DNA from: Gammaproteobacteria bacterium
Lineage (GTDB): Bacteria; Pseudomonadota; Gammaproteobacteria; JAJPIJ01
Assembly (NCBI GenBank): GCA_021324815.1
Contig: JAJPIJ010000023.1
Span: forward strand, 666 to 64,665
Direction: 5' to 3'
Length of the DNA stretch: 64,000 nt
Shown: piece after piece, positions 20,663 through 31,271 of the stretch
How positions within the stretch are numbered: position 1 is the stretch's first letter
How the letters are laid out: every line of letters starts with the position of its first letter
Notes under the pieces: generated by a model
What the model was told of the DNA's origin: nothing
Seen by the model: only the letters and a program-made list of their open reading frames with translations
Databases searched by the model: none
Translations under genes and position numbers: made by a program

Positions 20663-21316
20663 ATGAACCGCCTGCACGATGGCAAGACGCTCACGCTGGC
20701 CGTGTCCAAGGGCCGCATTCTTGACGAGGCGCTGCCGCTGCTGGCGCGCATCGGCGTGCGCCCGCTGCAGGACCCGGCGCGCTCGCGCAAGTTGATCCTG
20801 GACACCAGCCGCCCCGAGTTGCGGCTGGTGATCATCCGCGCGCAGGACGTGCCGACCTACGTCGAACACGGCGCCGCCGAGGCGGGCATCGCCGGCCGCG
20901 ACGTGTTGATGGAATACGAAAGCGGGGAGCTGTACGAGCCGCTGGATCTGGGCATCGCCCGCTGCCGGCTGGTGGTGGCCGGCCGCGACCACGCGCCGGC
21001 CGCGCGCCCGCGGGTGGCGACCAAGTATCCCAACGTCACCCGCGCCTATTACGCCGCCCGCGGCGAGCAGCCCGAGATCATCAAGCTCTACGGCTCGATG
21101 GAGCTCGCGCCGCTCGCCGGGCTCGCCGATCGCATCGTCGATCTGGTGGACACGGGACGCACCCTGCGTGAAAACGGGCTGGTGGAGATCGCCACCATCG
21201 CCGACATCAGCGCGCGCCTCATCGTCAACAAGGCGGCGATGAAGGTCAAGCATGCCGCCGTGCGGAGGCTGATCGCGCAATTGAGGGGCGCCGTCCGCCC
21301 GCGCGCCCGGGATTGA
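20663..21316 (+). CDS. hisG: ATP phosphoribosyltransferase, short (HisZ-dependent) form
   Basis: [31 protein letters not shown] and [16 protein letters not shown] motifs. About 217 aa, lacking the C-terminal regulatory domain. Confidence 0.95.
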   Translation: MNRLHDGKTLTLAVSKGRILDEALPLLARIGVRPLQDPARSRKLILDTSRPELRLVIIRAQDVPTYVEHGAAEAGIAGRDVLMEYESGELYEPLDLGIARCRLVVAGRDHAPAARPRVATKYPNVTRAYYAARGEQPEIIKLYGSMELAPLAGLADRIVDLVDTGRTLRENGLVEIATIADISARLIVNKAAMKVKHAAVRRLIAQLRGAVRPRARD

Positions 21317-21318
21317 AC

Positions 21319-22641
21319 ATGCCTGCGACGGGGACATTGACGCTGCGCCGCCTGCGCACCCGCGACGCCGGTTTCCAGCCGGCGCTGGCGGCGCTGCTCG
21401 AGCGGGGGACGCCCGCGGATGACGCCGTCGACGCCGCCGTTCGCGACATCATCCAGCAGGTGCGCGCCCGCGGCGATGAGGCCCTGATCGAATACACCAA
21501 TCGTTTTGATCGACGCCGGCTGAAGGAGGCGGCGGCGCTGGAGATCCCCGGGCCGCGGCTGGCGCAGGCGCGCACGACGCTCAATCCGGATTTGAGAACG
21601 GCGCTGGAATCCGCCGCCGCGCGCATCCGCGCCTACCACGAGCGTCAGCGGCAGGAATCATGGACCTACACCGAGGCCGACGGCACGGTGCTGGGCCAGC
21701 AGGTGACGCCGCTCGATCGCGTGGGCGTGTACGTGCCGGGCGGCCGCGCCGCCTATCCCTCCTCGGTGCTGATGAACGTCATACCGGCGAAGGTGGCCGG
21801 TGTGGGCGAAATCATCATGACGGTGCCGGCGCCCGATGACGCGCTGGAGCCGGTGGTGCTGGCCGCCGCCGCGATCGCCGGCGTGGATCGCGCCTTTACC
21901 GCCGGCGGGGCGCAGGCCATCGCCGCCCTGGCCTATGGCACGGAGACGATACCGCGCGTGGACAAGATCGTGGGGCCGGGCAACGCGTATGTCGCGCGCG
22001 CCAAGGCCATGGTCTTCGGCGACGTCGGCATCGACATGATTGCCGGCCCCTCCGAGATCCTGGTGATCTGTGACGGCAGAACGGACGCCGGCTGGATCGC
22101 GATGGATTTGTTCTCGCAGGCCGAGCACGACGAGGAGGCGCAGGCCATCCTGCTGTCACCGGATGCCGCCTTTCTCGACGCGGTCGAGGCCGGCATCCAC
22201 CGGCTGCTGCCGGACCAGCCGCGCGCCGCCATCATCCGGCAATCGCTTGCGCAACGCGGCGCCCTCATCGAGGTCCGTGATCTTGATGAGGCCGTGGAGA
22301 TTGCCAATGTCATCGCGCCGGAACACCTGGAGCTGTCCGTGGAGGATCCGGCGCCGCTGGCGGGGAGGATCCGCCACGCCGGCGCAATCTTTCTGGGCCG
22401 CCACGTGTCGGAGGCGCTGGGTGACTACTGCGCCGGGCCGAATCACGTGCTGCCGACGTCGCGCACCGCGCGCTTCTCATCGCCCCTCGGCGTTTATGAT
22501 TTCCAGAAGCGCACCTCGCTGATCCAGTGCACGCCGGCGGGCGCCGGGCGGCTGGGCAGGCTTGCCGCCGCGCTGGCGCGCGCGGAGGGCCTGCCCGCGC
22601 ACGCCGCCTCCGCCGAGTATCGTTTTAAATCCTCTGAATAA
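21319..22641 (+). CDS. hisD: Histidinol dehydrogenase
   Basis: [43 protein letters not shown] and [13 protein letters not shown] motifs. Confidence 0.97.
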   Translation: MPATGTLTLRRLRTRDAGFQPALAALLERGTPADDAVDAAVRDIIQQVRARGDEALIEYTNRFDRRRLKEAAALEIPGPRLAQARTTLNPDLRTALESAAARIRAYHERQRQESWTYTEADGTVLGQQVTPLDRVGVYVPGGRAAYPSSVLMNVIPAKVAGVGEIIMTVPAPDDALEPVVLAAAAIAGVDRAFTAGGAQAIAALAYGTETIPRVDKIVGPGNAYVARAKAMVFGDVGIDMIAGPSEILVICDGRTDAGWIAMDLFSQAEHDEEAQAILLSPDAAFLDAVEAGIHRLLPDQPRAAIIRQSLAQRGALIEVRDLDEAVEIANVIAPEHLELSVEDPAPLAGRIRHAGAIFLGRHVSEALGDYCAGPNHVLPTSRTARFSSPLGVYDFQKRTSLIQCTPAGAGRLGRLAAALARAEGLPAHAASAEYRFKSSE

Positions 22642-22755
22642 ATCCATCCTGGATTTATCAGGGCCGGGAAACAGAAATGCGCGGATTTTTGCTTCCCCTC
22701 CGTTTCCCGGCGGCGCACACCCTGCCGGCAAACGCCGGCGCCCCCCGCACCGGGG
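22638..22755. repeat. Cluster of four short inverted repeats in the hisD-hisC spacer
   Basis: ATAAATCCA/TGGATTTAT (22638-22658), GCCGGGAAAC/GTTTCCCGGC (22663-22711), GCCGGC/GCCGGC (22724-22739) and CCCCG/CGGGG (22743-22755). Confidence 0.65.
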
Positions 22756-22783
22756 AGTCCTGCCTGTCATGAAGGGGTGAACA

Positions 22784-23866
22784 ATGATCGATGCGCTGAT
22801 CAAGCGCTGGGTCAACGCGCGGGTGCGCGCGCTCTCGGCCTACAGCGTTCCCGACGCCACGGGGCTCATCAAGCTCGACGCCATGGAAAATCCCTACGGC
22901 TGGCCGGCGGCACTGCGCGCCGAATGGCTGGAACGCATGCGGCACGCGCAGATCAATCGCTACCCCGATCCCGCGGCGCGCCAGCTGGCGGAGAAGCTGC
23001 GCCGTCATCTGGCGCTGGACGCGAACGTCGGATTGCTGCTCGGCAACGGCTCCGATGAATTGATCCAAATCATCGCGCTGGCCCTGCGTGACGAGGGCCG
23101 GACCCTGCTGGCGCCCGAGCCCACCTTCGTGATGTACCGCCTGGTGGCGGAGGTGCTGGGCCAGCGCTTCGCCGGCGTGCCGCTGAAGGCCGCGGATTTC
23201 AGCCTCGATCTGCCGGCGATGCTCGCCGCCATCAGGACGCACTCGCCGGCCGTGATCTTTCTGGCCTGCCCGAACAATCCCACCGGCAATCTGTTCGCCC
23301 GCCATGAAATTGAGGCAATCCTCAAGGCCGCGCCGGGGCTGGTGGTGATCGATGAGGCGTATTTCCCCTTCGCGCGCGAAACCTGGTTGCACGACATTTT
23401 GCAACATCCCAATCTGGTCGTTTTGCAAACGCTGTCCAAGATGGGGCTGGCCGGCCTGCGCGTGGGCGTGCTGGCGGGCGCGCCGGCATGGCTCGATGAA
23501 TTCAACAAAATCCGGCTGCCATACAACGTCAATACACTCTCGCAGGTGAGCGCGGCGTTCATCCTCGAACACGCGGAGTTGCTGGAGGAGCAGGCGGCGC
23601 AGATTGTCCGCGATCGGGAAGAATTGACGGCGCGATTGCGCGTTCTCCCCGGCCTCACGGTATGGGACAGCCGCGCCAATTTCGTGCTCTTTCGCGTGGC
23701 GCACGCAGGCGCGGTCCATGAATCATTGAAGCAACGTGGTGTATTGACAAAGTGTCTGGATGGCGCGCATCCGCTGCTCAAGGACTGCCTGCGCGTTTCC
23801 GTGGGCACGCCGGATGAAAACGGCGCCTTTCTGGGCGCCCTGCAAGCGACGCTGGAAGGCGGCTGA
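22784..23866 (+). CDS. hisC: Histidinol-phosphate aminotransferase
   Basis: KLDAMENPY, NRYPD, GNGSDELI, PNNPTG, DEAY and TLSKMGLAGLRVG (PLP Lys) motifs. Confidence 0.96.
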   Translation: MIDALIKRWVNARVRALSAYSVPDATGLIKLDAMENPYGWPAALRAEWLERMRHAQINRYPDPAARQLAEKLRRHLALDANVGLLLGNGSDELIQIIALALRDEGRTLLAPEPTFVMYRLVAEVLGQRFAGVPLKAADFSLDLPAMLAAIRTHSPAVIFLACPNNPTGNLFARHEIEAILKAAPGLVVIDEAYFPFARETWLHDILQHPNLVVLQTLSKMGLAGLRVGVLAGAPAWLDEFNKIRLPYNVNTLSQVSAAFILEHAELLEEQAAQIVRDREELTARLRVLPGLTVWDSRANFVLFRVAHAGAVHESLKQRGVLTKCLDGAHPLLKDCLRVSVGTPDENGAFLGALQATLEGG

Positions 23867-23897
23867 ATGGCCGCGCGCCGGGCGGGCGGGGCTTTTT

Positions 23898-23906
23898 TGG
23901 TATAAT
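23898..23906 (+). promoter_or_regulatory. Consensus extended -10 promoter for petABC
   Basis: TG-G-TATAAT about 70 nt upstream of petA. Confidence 0.6.
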
Positions 23907-23974
23907 GCCCGCGGTTTGTCGCCACCATCGAGCGAAGCCGTTGCCGCGGCTTGCCGCCTTGTTTCGAGGGGAAC

Positions 23975-24571
23975 ATGAGTGAAGAGGACATAGACAAGAA
24001 TCGCCGCCGCTTTCTGACCGCGGCCACGACGGTTGTCGGCGGCACGGGGGCGGTCCTGGCGGCCGTGCCGTTCGTGTCATACCTCCAGCCCAGTGCGCGC
24101 ACCAAGGCCATCGGCGGGCCGGTGGAGGCGGACATCAGCAAATTGAAACCCGGCGAGCGCGCCATCTTCAAATGGCGCGGCCAGCCGGTGTGGGTCGTGC
24201 GCCGCACGGAGCAGTCCGTGCAGGAACTGAAGGACATGGACAGCAAGGTCCGCGATCCGAACTCCGACGAGCCCCAGCAGCCGGCCTACGCCAAAAATGA
24301 AGAACGCTCCCGCAAGCCCGAGTATCTGGTGGTGGTGGGCATATGCACGCACCTCGGCTGCTCGCCGAATTACATCCCGGAGGGTTCACCCGACGCACCC
24401 GAGCCGGACTGGAAGGGCGGCTTTCTGTGCCCCTGCCATGGCTCGCGCTTCGATCTCGCCGGCCGGGTGTTCAAGGGCGTGCCGGCACCCACCAATCTCC
24501 TGGTGCCGCCGTACAAATTTCTGAGCGACACCAGGCTCCTCATCGGCGCCGACGAGGAGAACAAGGGATGA
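23975..24571 (+). CDS. petA: Ubiquinol-cytochrome c reductase Rieske Fe-S subunit
   Basis: Tat motif RRRFL; Rieske boxes CTHLGC and CPCHGS. Confidence 0.97.
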   Translation: MSEEDIDKNRRRFLTAATTVVGGTGAVLAAVPFVSYLQPSARTKAIGGPVEADISKLKPGERAIFKWRGQPVWVVRRTEQSVQELKDMDSKVRDPNSDEPQQPAYAKNEERSRKPEYLVVVGICTHLGCSPNYIPEGSPDAPEPDWKGGFLCPCHGSRFDLAGRVFKGVPAPTNLLVPPYKFLSDTRLLIGADEENKG

Positions 24572-25815
24572 ACGGCGTCTCCGCCGCCTGCTGCCGCGCC
24601 TGGGACGGGCTGATCGGCTGGATCGATGCGCGCTTCCCGTTGCTCAAGCTGTGGAACGAGCACCTCGCCCGCTATTATGCGCCGAAGAATTTCAATTTCC
24701 GGTACTACTTCGGCTCGCTTGCGATGCTGGTGCTGGCCCTCCAGATCCTGACCGGCATCTGGCTCACCATGAATTACAAGCCGGACGCCGATCTGGCCTT
24801 CGGTTCCGTCGAATACATCATGCGCGACGTCGACTGGGGCTGGCTCATCCGCTACATGCACTCGACCGGCGCCTCGGCGTTCTTCATCGTCATCTACCTG
24901 CACATGTTCCGCGGGCTCATGTACGGCTCCTACAAGAAGCCGCGCGAGCTGCTGTGGATCATCGGCATGCTGATCTATCTCACGCTCATGGGCGAGGCCT
25001 TCTTCGGTTACCTCCTGCCGTGGGGGCAGATGTCGTACTGGGGCGCCAAGGTCATCGTCTCGCTCTACGGCGCCATTCCCGTCATCGGCCCCGATCTGGC
25101 GCAGTGGATCCGCGGCGACTACGGCATCTCCGACGTGACGCTGAACCGCTTCTTCGCCTTTCACGTGATCGCCATGCCGCTCATCCTCTGCGGCCTGGTG
25201 GTCGTGCACATCATGGCGCTGCACGAGGTCGGCTCCAACAATCCCGACGGCATTGAGATCAAAAAGAAGAAGGACGCCAATGGCGTGCCGCTGGACGGCA
25301 TCCCCTTCCATCCGTACTACACCGTCAAAGACATCGTCGGCGTGGCGGTATTCCTGATCCTGTTCGCGGGCGTGATCTTCTTCGCGCCGGAAATGGGCGG
25401 ATATTTTCTCGAGGACAACAATTTCATCCCCGCCGATCCGTTCAAGACGCCGCCGCACATCGCGCCGGTGTGGTATTTCACGCCGTTCTATTCCATCCTG
25501 CGCGCGGTGCCCAACCCGTTCGGCGGCGTGGTGGCGATGGGCTGCGCCGTGGTGCTGTTCTTCTTCCTGCCGTGGCTGGATCAGAGCCCGGTCAAATCCA
25601 TCCGCTATCGCGGCCTGTCGAGCCGGATCGCGCTCGCCGTGTTCACCTTGAGCTTCCTCATCCTGGGCTATCTCGGCACCCAGCCGCCGAACCCGGTGAC
25701 CGCCAATCTGGCGCGCATTTTCTCCGTGATCTATTTCCTGTATTTCCTGCTGATGCCCGTCTACACGCGCGTGGAGAAGACCCTCCCGGAACCGGAGCGG
25801 GTGCATTACCCATGA
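24568..25815 (+). CDS. petB: Cytochrome b of the bc1 complex
   Basis: RYMHSTGAS, HMFRG, LPWGQMSYWGA, RFFAFH, HIMALH and PVWY Qo motif. Confidence 0.97.
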   Translation: MNGVSAACCRAWDGLIGWIDARFPLLKLWNEHLARYYAPKNFNFRYYFGSLAMLVLALQILTGIWLTMNYKPDADLAFGSVEYIMRDVDWGWLIRYMHSTGASAFFIVIYLHMFRGLMYGSYKKPRELLWIIGMLIYLTLMGEAFFGYLLPWGQMSYWGAKVIVSLYGAIPVIGPDLAQWIRGDYGISDVTLNRFFAFHVIAMPLILCGLVVVHIMALHEVGSNNPDGIEIKKKKDANGVPLDGIPFHPYYTVKDIVGVAVFLILFAGVIFFAPEMGGYFLEDNNFIPADPFKTPPHIAPVWYFTPFYSILRAVPNPFGGVVAMGCAVVLFFFLPWLDQSPVKSIRYRGLSSRIALAVFTLSFLILGYLGTQPPNPVTANLARIFSVIYFLYFLLMPVYTRVEKTLPEPERVHYP

Positions 25816-26564
25816 ACCGGATTGCCCTCGCCATCGCACTCGGCGGAGCGCTGCTGTGCTGGACGATCGCGGCGCCGGCCATGACGGAAGGTCCGCCGCT
25901 GTATCAGGCGCGCGTGGATTTGAAGAACAAGGCCTCGCTGCAACGCGGACTGCGGCTGTTCACCAATTACTGCCTGAGCTGTCACTCGGCGGCCTACTCG
26001 CGCTACAGCCGCGTGGCCCGCGATCTGGGCCTGACGGAGGACGAGGTCGCGAACAATCTCATGTTCGCCACCGACAAGATCGGCAACACCATGACCGTGG
26101 CCATGCGCCGCGCCGACGCCGAGGCCTGGTTCGGGACCCCGCCGCCGGATTTGTCGGTCATCGCGCGCGCGCGCGGCGCCGACTGGCTCTACACCTATCT
26201 GCTGACGTTCTACGAGGATCCCTCGCGTCCCACCGGCGTCAACAATCTGGTGTTCAAGGACACCGCCATGCCGCACGTGCTGTGGGAGTTGCAGGGCTAT
26301 CAGAAGCCCGTTTACGTGACCGAAAAGGACGCCGAGGGCCGGGAGGTGCAGCGCATCGGGAAGCTCGAGCCCTCGACACCGGGGCTGCTCGACGCGACGC
26401 AGTACCAAAACGCGGTGCGCGACCTGGTGAATTTCCTGGTTTACATGGGCGAGCCGGCCAAGATGATGCGCCTGGAAATGGGACCGTGGGTGATCCTGTT
26501 CCTGGTGGTGTTCTGGCTCGTGGCCCGCCAGTTGAAGAAGGAATACTGGAAAGATGTGCGCTGA
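25812..26564 (+). CDS. petC: Cytochrome c1
   Basis: Signal peptide, heme motif CLSCH, PPDLS, MPHVL and C-terminal TM anchor ...LKKEYWKDV. Confidence 0.96.
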   Translation: MNRIALAIALGGALLCWTIAAPAMTEGPPLYQARVDLKNKASLQRGLRLFTNYCLSCHSAAYSRYSRVARDLGLTEDEVANNLMFATDKIGNTMTVAMRRADAEAWFGTPPPDLSVIARARGADWLYTYLLTFYEDPSRPTGVNNLVFKDTAMPHVLWELQGYQKPVYVTEKDAEGREVQRIGKLEPSTPGLLDATQYQNAVRDLVNFLVYMGEPAKMMRLEMGPWVILFLVVFWLVARQLKKEYWKDVR

Positions 26565-26595
26565 CGTCCGCAATCCGCCGCCCAGGGATGCGCCG

Positions 26596-27231
26596 CTGAG
26601 CCTGCTCGCCAACCGTCACTCGATCATGACGTTGTTCTGCGATCCGGACGATCCGCTCGGCCACGGCGTGCGCATCGTGCTGGCGGAGAAGGACGTCAAC
26701 GTCGATGTGAGCTACGTCACCGAGGACACCAAGCCGGAGGATCTGAACGATCTCAATCCCTACGGCGCGGTGCTGACGCTCATCGATCGCGATCTGGTCA
26801 TCTACGAGCCGCAGGTCATGATGGAATATCTCGACGAGCGCTATCCGCATCCGCCGCTGATGCCGGTGGATCCCGTCTCACGCGCCCACAACCGCCAGGT
26901 ACGCTTCCGGCTGGCGCGCGATCTCTATCACCTGCTGTCCGTCATGCACGGCCGCAATGAGGTCGCGGCCGCCAATGCCCGCAAGGCGTTCCGCGATCAC
27001 CTGACCGCCATCGCCCCGGCCTTCAGCCAGCAGCCGTTTTTCCTGTCGGTGGAGCTGTCGTTGATCGATTGCTGCCTGGCGCCGCTGCTCTGGCGCCTGC
27101 CCGTCTACGGCATCAAGCTGCCGGCGCAGACCCGGGCGCTCTCGCAGTACGCCGAACGGCTGTTTGCGCGCCCCGCGTTTCAGGCCAGCCTGTCGCCGCG
27201 GGAGCGCGAAATGCGCGACGGGAAGAAATAA
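26596..27231 (+). CDS. sspA: Stringent starvation protein A (GST-like)
   Basis: VRIVLAEK, LNPYG, YLDERYPHPPLMPVDP and DCCLAPLLWRL motifs. The start is either CTG 26596 or ATG 26626. Confidence 0.93.
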   Translation: MSLLANRHSIMTLFCDPDDPLGHGVRIVLAEKDVNVDVSYVTEDTKPEDLNDLNPYGAVLTLIDRDLVIYEPQVMMEYLDERYPHPPLMPVDPVSRAHNRQVRFRLARDLYHLLSVMHGRNEVAAANARKAFRDHLTAIAPAFSQQPFFLSVELSLIDCCLAPLLWRLPVYGIKLPAQTRALSQYAERLFARPAFQASLSPREREMRDGKK

Positions 27232-27271
27232 TTCCGACCGACGCCACCCGCGGCGCCGTCCGCGCCTGACC

Positions 27272-27682
27272 ATGACCTCTCCGAAACCCTACCTGCTGCG
27301 GGCCTTTTACGACTGGATCGTCGACAACGGCATGACGCCCTACGTGCTGGTGGACGCGCGGCGGCGGGGCGTGGATGTGCCGGCGGAATACGTGCAGGAC
27401 GGCAGGATCATCCTGAACATCGCGCCGGATGCGGTCCACGCCCTGTGCATGGACCCCCAGGGACTGCGCTTCAGCGCGCGCTTCCGGGGCATCGCCCAGG
27501 ACATCCGCGTGCCGATGTCGGCCATCAAGGCGGTGTACGCGAGGGAGAACGGCCGCGGCATGGTGTTTCCGGAGGAGGAGACCGCCGCGGAGGTGGCGCC
27601 GGCCGCTCCCAGGGCGCCGGGACCGCAGAAGCCGGATCCGAAAAAACCGCGCAAGGGACCGTCCCTGCGCGTCGTCAAATAA
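27272..27682 (+). CDS. sspB: ClpXP adaptor SspB
   Basis: PYLLRAFYDWIVDN, IILNIAP, FSARFRG, YARENGRGMVF and C-terminal PSLRVVK motifs. Confidence 0.96.
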   Translation: MTSPKPYLLRAFYDWIVDNGMTPYVLVDARRRGVDVPAEYVQDGRIILNIAPDAVHALCMDPQGLRFSARFRGIAQDIRVPMSAIKAVYARENGRGMVFPEEETAAEVAPAAPRAPGPQKPDPKKPRKGPSLRVVK

Positions 27683-27687
27683 CGTCG

Positions 27688-28906
<1,219 letters not shown>

Positions 28907-28918
28907 TCAAGGATTGGA

Positions 28919-29287
28919 TTATGCCTGAAAAGCATTTTTGATCCACTCCACCCGCAGCACGGGCGCCACCCCGCTCAGGGTGACGACGTCGAAACGACAG
29001 GGCCGGCGGTCTTGCGGCGCGTGGGTGAGCAGATAATGTTGCGCGCTGTGCAGCAGGCGCCGCCTTTTCACGGTGTGCACGGATTCGGCCGCCGTGCCGT
29101 GGCGTTCATCGCGGCGGTAGCGCACCTCGATGAACACCAGCACGTCGCCATCCTCCATGATGAGATCGATCTCACCGCCCGTGCATCGATAATTCCGCGC
29201 GACGATGCGCAGGCCGGCGGCGGCGAGGTAGCGCGCGGCGTGCTGTTCCGCCCACGCCCCGCGGGCCGTCGGCGGCCCGGACTTCAA
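28919..29287 (-). CDS. yraN: YraN (UPF0102) family nuclease-like protein
   Basis: RNYRCTGGEIDLIM, VFIEVRYR and CRFDVV motifs. Confidence 0.93.
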   Translation of the reverse strand: MKSGPPTARGAWAEQHAARYLAAAGLRIVARNYRCTGGEIDLIMEDGDVLVFIEVRYRRDERHGTAAESVHTVKRRRLLHSAQHYLLTHAPQDRRPCRFDVVTLSGVAPVLRVEWIKNAFQA

Positions 29288-31242
29288 GGCGGAGGCACCG
29301 CGGCCGTGGCGGCCGCGGCCGGCGGCGCGGCGCCGTCAAGGAGTGCGGGCAGGCCGTTGCTGAATCTGGCCCAGGTGAGGCCGCGCTGAATCACGCCATC
29401 CGCCTCCAGCGACAGCGTGCCGGTGGCGCCTTCCAGCCGCGCCGCGGGCTGCGACGCCAGCGCCGGCAGATGCATGAGCAGGCGGTAGGCGTCCACTCCC
29501 AGCGCGTAGAGCCGATCCTGGGCGGGCGTGATTTCGGGCCAGGCGCCGTGCAGCGCCGCCCTGATGGGAAATGCGCCGTCCTCCCGGAGCATCCACGGCA
29601 TGTCGCCGAACTGGACGCCGTTAAGATCACGATCCTGGGTGGGGCTGGGCGCGCCGGCGTAGACGTGCGAGGTGGCGTACACCGGCAGGTCGGCGGCGCG
29701 GAAAAACTGCAGTTGCGGATAAAGCTGGCGCGCGGCACCCGCATAGGCGGCAAGAAAAATTACATCGACGTCCTGGCGCCGCCGCGGTTCGCTCATGATT
29801 TTACGCCCCAGGATTTTTTTGAGCTCGTCGATGCGGGCCTCGCTTTGATCAATCTGCAACAGCCTTTTGACCGGCGTGACGTAGTCACGGCTCTCGGGGG
29901 CGTAGGTTTGATAATCCACCAGGGCGCCGCCCAGCGACTCCCATTGCGATTTGAACGCCTGCAGCAGCCGCTGGCCCCAGTTGTCGGCGGGCGCAAGCGC
30001 CAGTGCGCGCACGTGACCGTCAAACCAGGCCCGCTGCGCCGCCTGCCGCGCCTCCATCTCCGGCGACAGGCCGAATTGATAGAGATTGGACACGCCGGCG
30101 ACGGCGGGCTTGCCTTCCGCCGCGGGTGGAATGATTTGGTTGAGCGCCAGCGTGGGCACGGCCAGGCGGCCGCGCGCAATCAACGCCTCCACCGCCCCCT
30201 TCTCCAGCGGTCCAACGACGAATTCCGCGCCGGCGCCCACGGCCGCATCGTAAGCCTGTGAAACGTTGCCGGTGGACGCGTTGTAAACGGTGATGATCGG
30301 CTTCGTGCCGCCGGCATCCTCATACCAGGCCGCCATGAAGCCGTCGCGAATGGCGTCCCCCGCGTCGGCGAACGGTCCCTCCAGCGGCAGCAGCAGCGCC
30401 ACCTGCCGCGGCGGCGCCCCCGGCGCCGGCGCGGCGGCGGCCGGCGCCGTGATGAAGGCGGCGGCGGGATGATCGGGATGCGCGATCCGCCAGCGCTGCG
30501 CCTGCGCCGCGTAGGCCGCGGCGTTGCCGGCGGTGGCCTGCGTCAGCTGCGCCAGTTCCAGCCACGGTCGCAGATTGGGCGGGGCGGTGGCGAGCGACTG
30601 CGCGATCCTCTCCGACGGCATGGCGTTGACGTCCTTCCACAGCGCCTCGTGGTTCTGCTGCTGGTCGGGTTCGTTTTGCAACAAGGCCTCGCGCTGCAAC
30701 CGCACGACGGCCGCCTCCTCCGGCCGTCCCAGTGTCTCCAGAAGATCGGCGCGCAACGCCAGCACCTGATCGTGGATGTCGTCCTGCAACCTCTCCACCG
30801 GCAGCGCCGCCAGCGCCTTCAAGGCGGCCCCGGTCTGTCCCTGGGCGCGCAGCAGCCGCGCCTCCAGAATCTGCCGCCACGGCCACTCGGCCTGTTCCGG
30901 TTGCACTGGAATTTGATCGAGCAACGCCTGCGCCGATTTGGCATCGCCGGCGTCAAGATAGGATTGCACCGCCTGGAGGCGGTAATTCCGGCCCGCCGTG
31001 GTCGGGCCGCTGCGGGCGGCCAGTTGCAGGAAGGCCGCCGCCGCGGCGGCGTGATCGCCGCGTTCGCGCAGCGTCCAGGCATCCGCACCTGCCTGCGTCT
31101 GCGCCGGCGCGGCCCCCGGGCGCACGGAGGGTTGTGGCGCGCATGCCGTCAGCCCGATAATGGCCGCCAGCACGGCCACGGACTTTGCGGCGTGGATGAT
31201 CTTTTGATGCGCGCGACGGCGCCGGGGCGATGTGAGCCTCAT
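29284..31242 (-). CDS. lpoA: Penicillin-binding protein activator LpoA (LppC family lipoprotein)
   Basis: Lipobox LTAC, VALLLPLEG, IRDGF, VGPLEK, QFGLSPE, RLYALGVDAY and GATGTLSL motifs. ATG 31242 chosen. Confidence 0.92.
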   Translation of the reverse strand: MRLTSPRRRRAHQKIIHAAKSVAVLAAIIGLTACAPQPSVRPGAAPAQTQAGADAWTLRERGDHAAAAAAFLQLAARSGPTTAGRNYRLQAVQSYLDAGDAKSAQALLDQIPVQPEQAEWPWRQILEARLLRAQGQTGAALKALAALPVERLQDDIHDQVLALRADLLETLGRPEEAAVVRLQREALLQNEPDQQQNHEALWKDVNAMPSERIAQSLATAPPNLRPWLELAQLTQATAGNAAAYAAQAQRWRIAHPDHPAAAFITAPAAAAPAPGAPPRQVALLLPLEGPFADAGDAIRDGFMAAWYEDAGGTKPIITVYNASTGNVSQAYDAAVGAGAEFVVGPLEKGAVEALIARGRLAVPTLALNQIIPPAAEGKPAVAGVSNLYQFGLSPEMEARQAAQRAWFDGHVRALALAPADNWGQRLLQAFKSQWESLGGALVDYQTYAPESRDYVTPVKRLLQIDQSEARIDELKKILGRKIMSEPRRRQDVDVIFLAAYAGAARQLYPQLQFFRAADLPVYATSHVYAGAPSPTQDRDLNGVQFGDMPWMLREDGAFPIRAALHGAWPEITPAQDRLYALGVDAYRLLMHLPALASQPAARLEGATGTLSLEADGVIQRGLTWARFSNGLPALLDGAAPPAAAATAAVPPP

Positions 31243-31271
31243 CGTCACAGTATCGACAGGCCGAATTCGAA

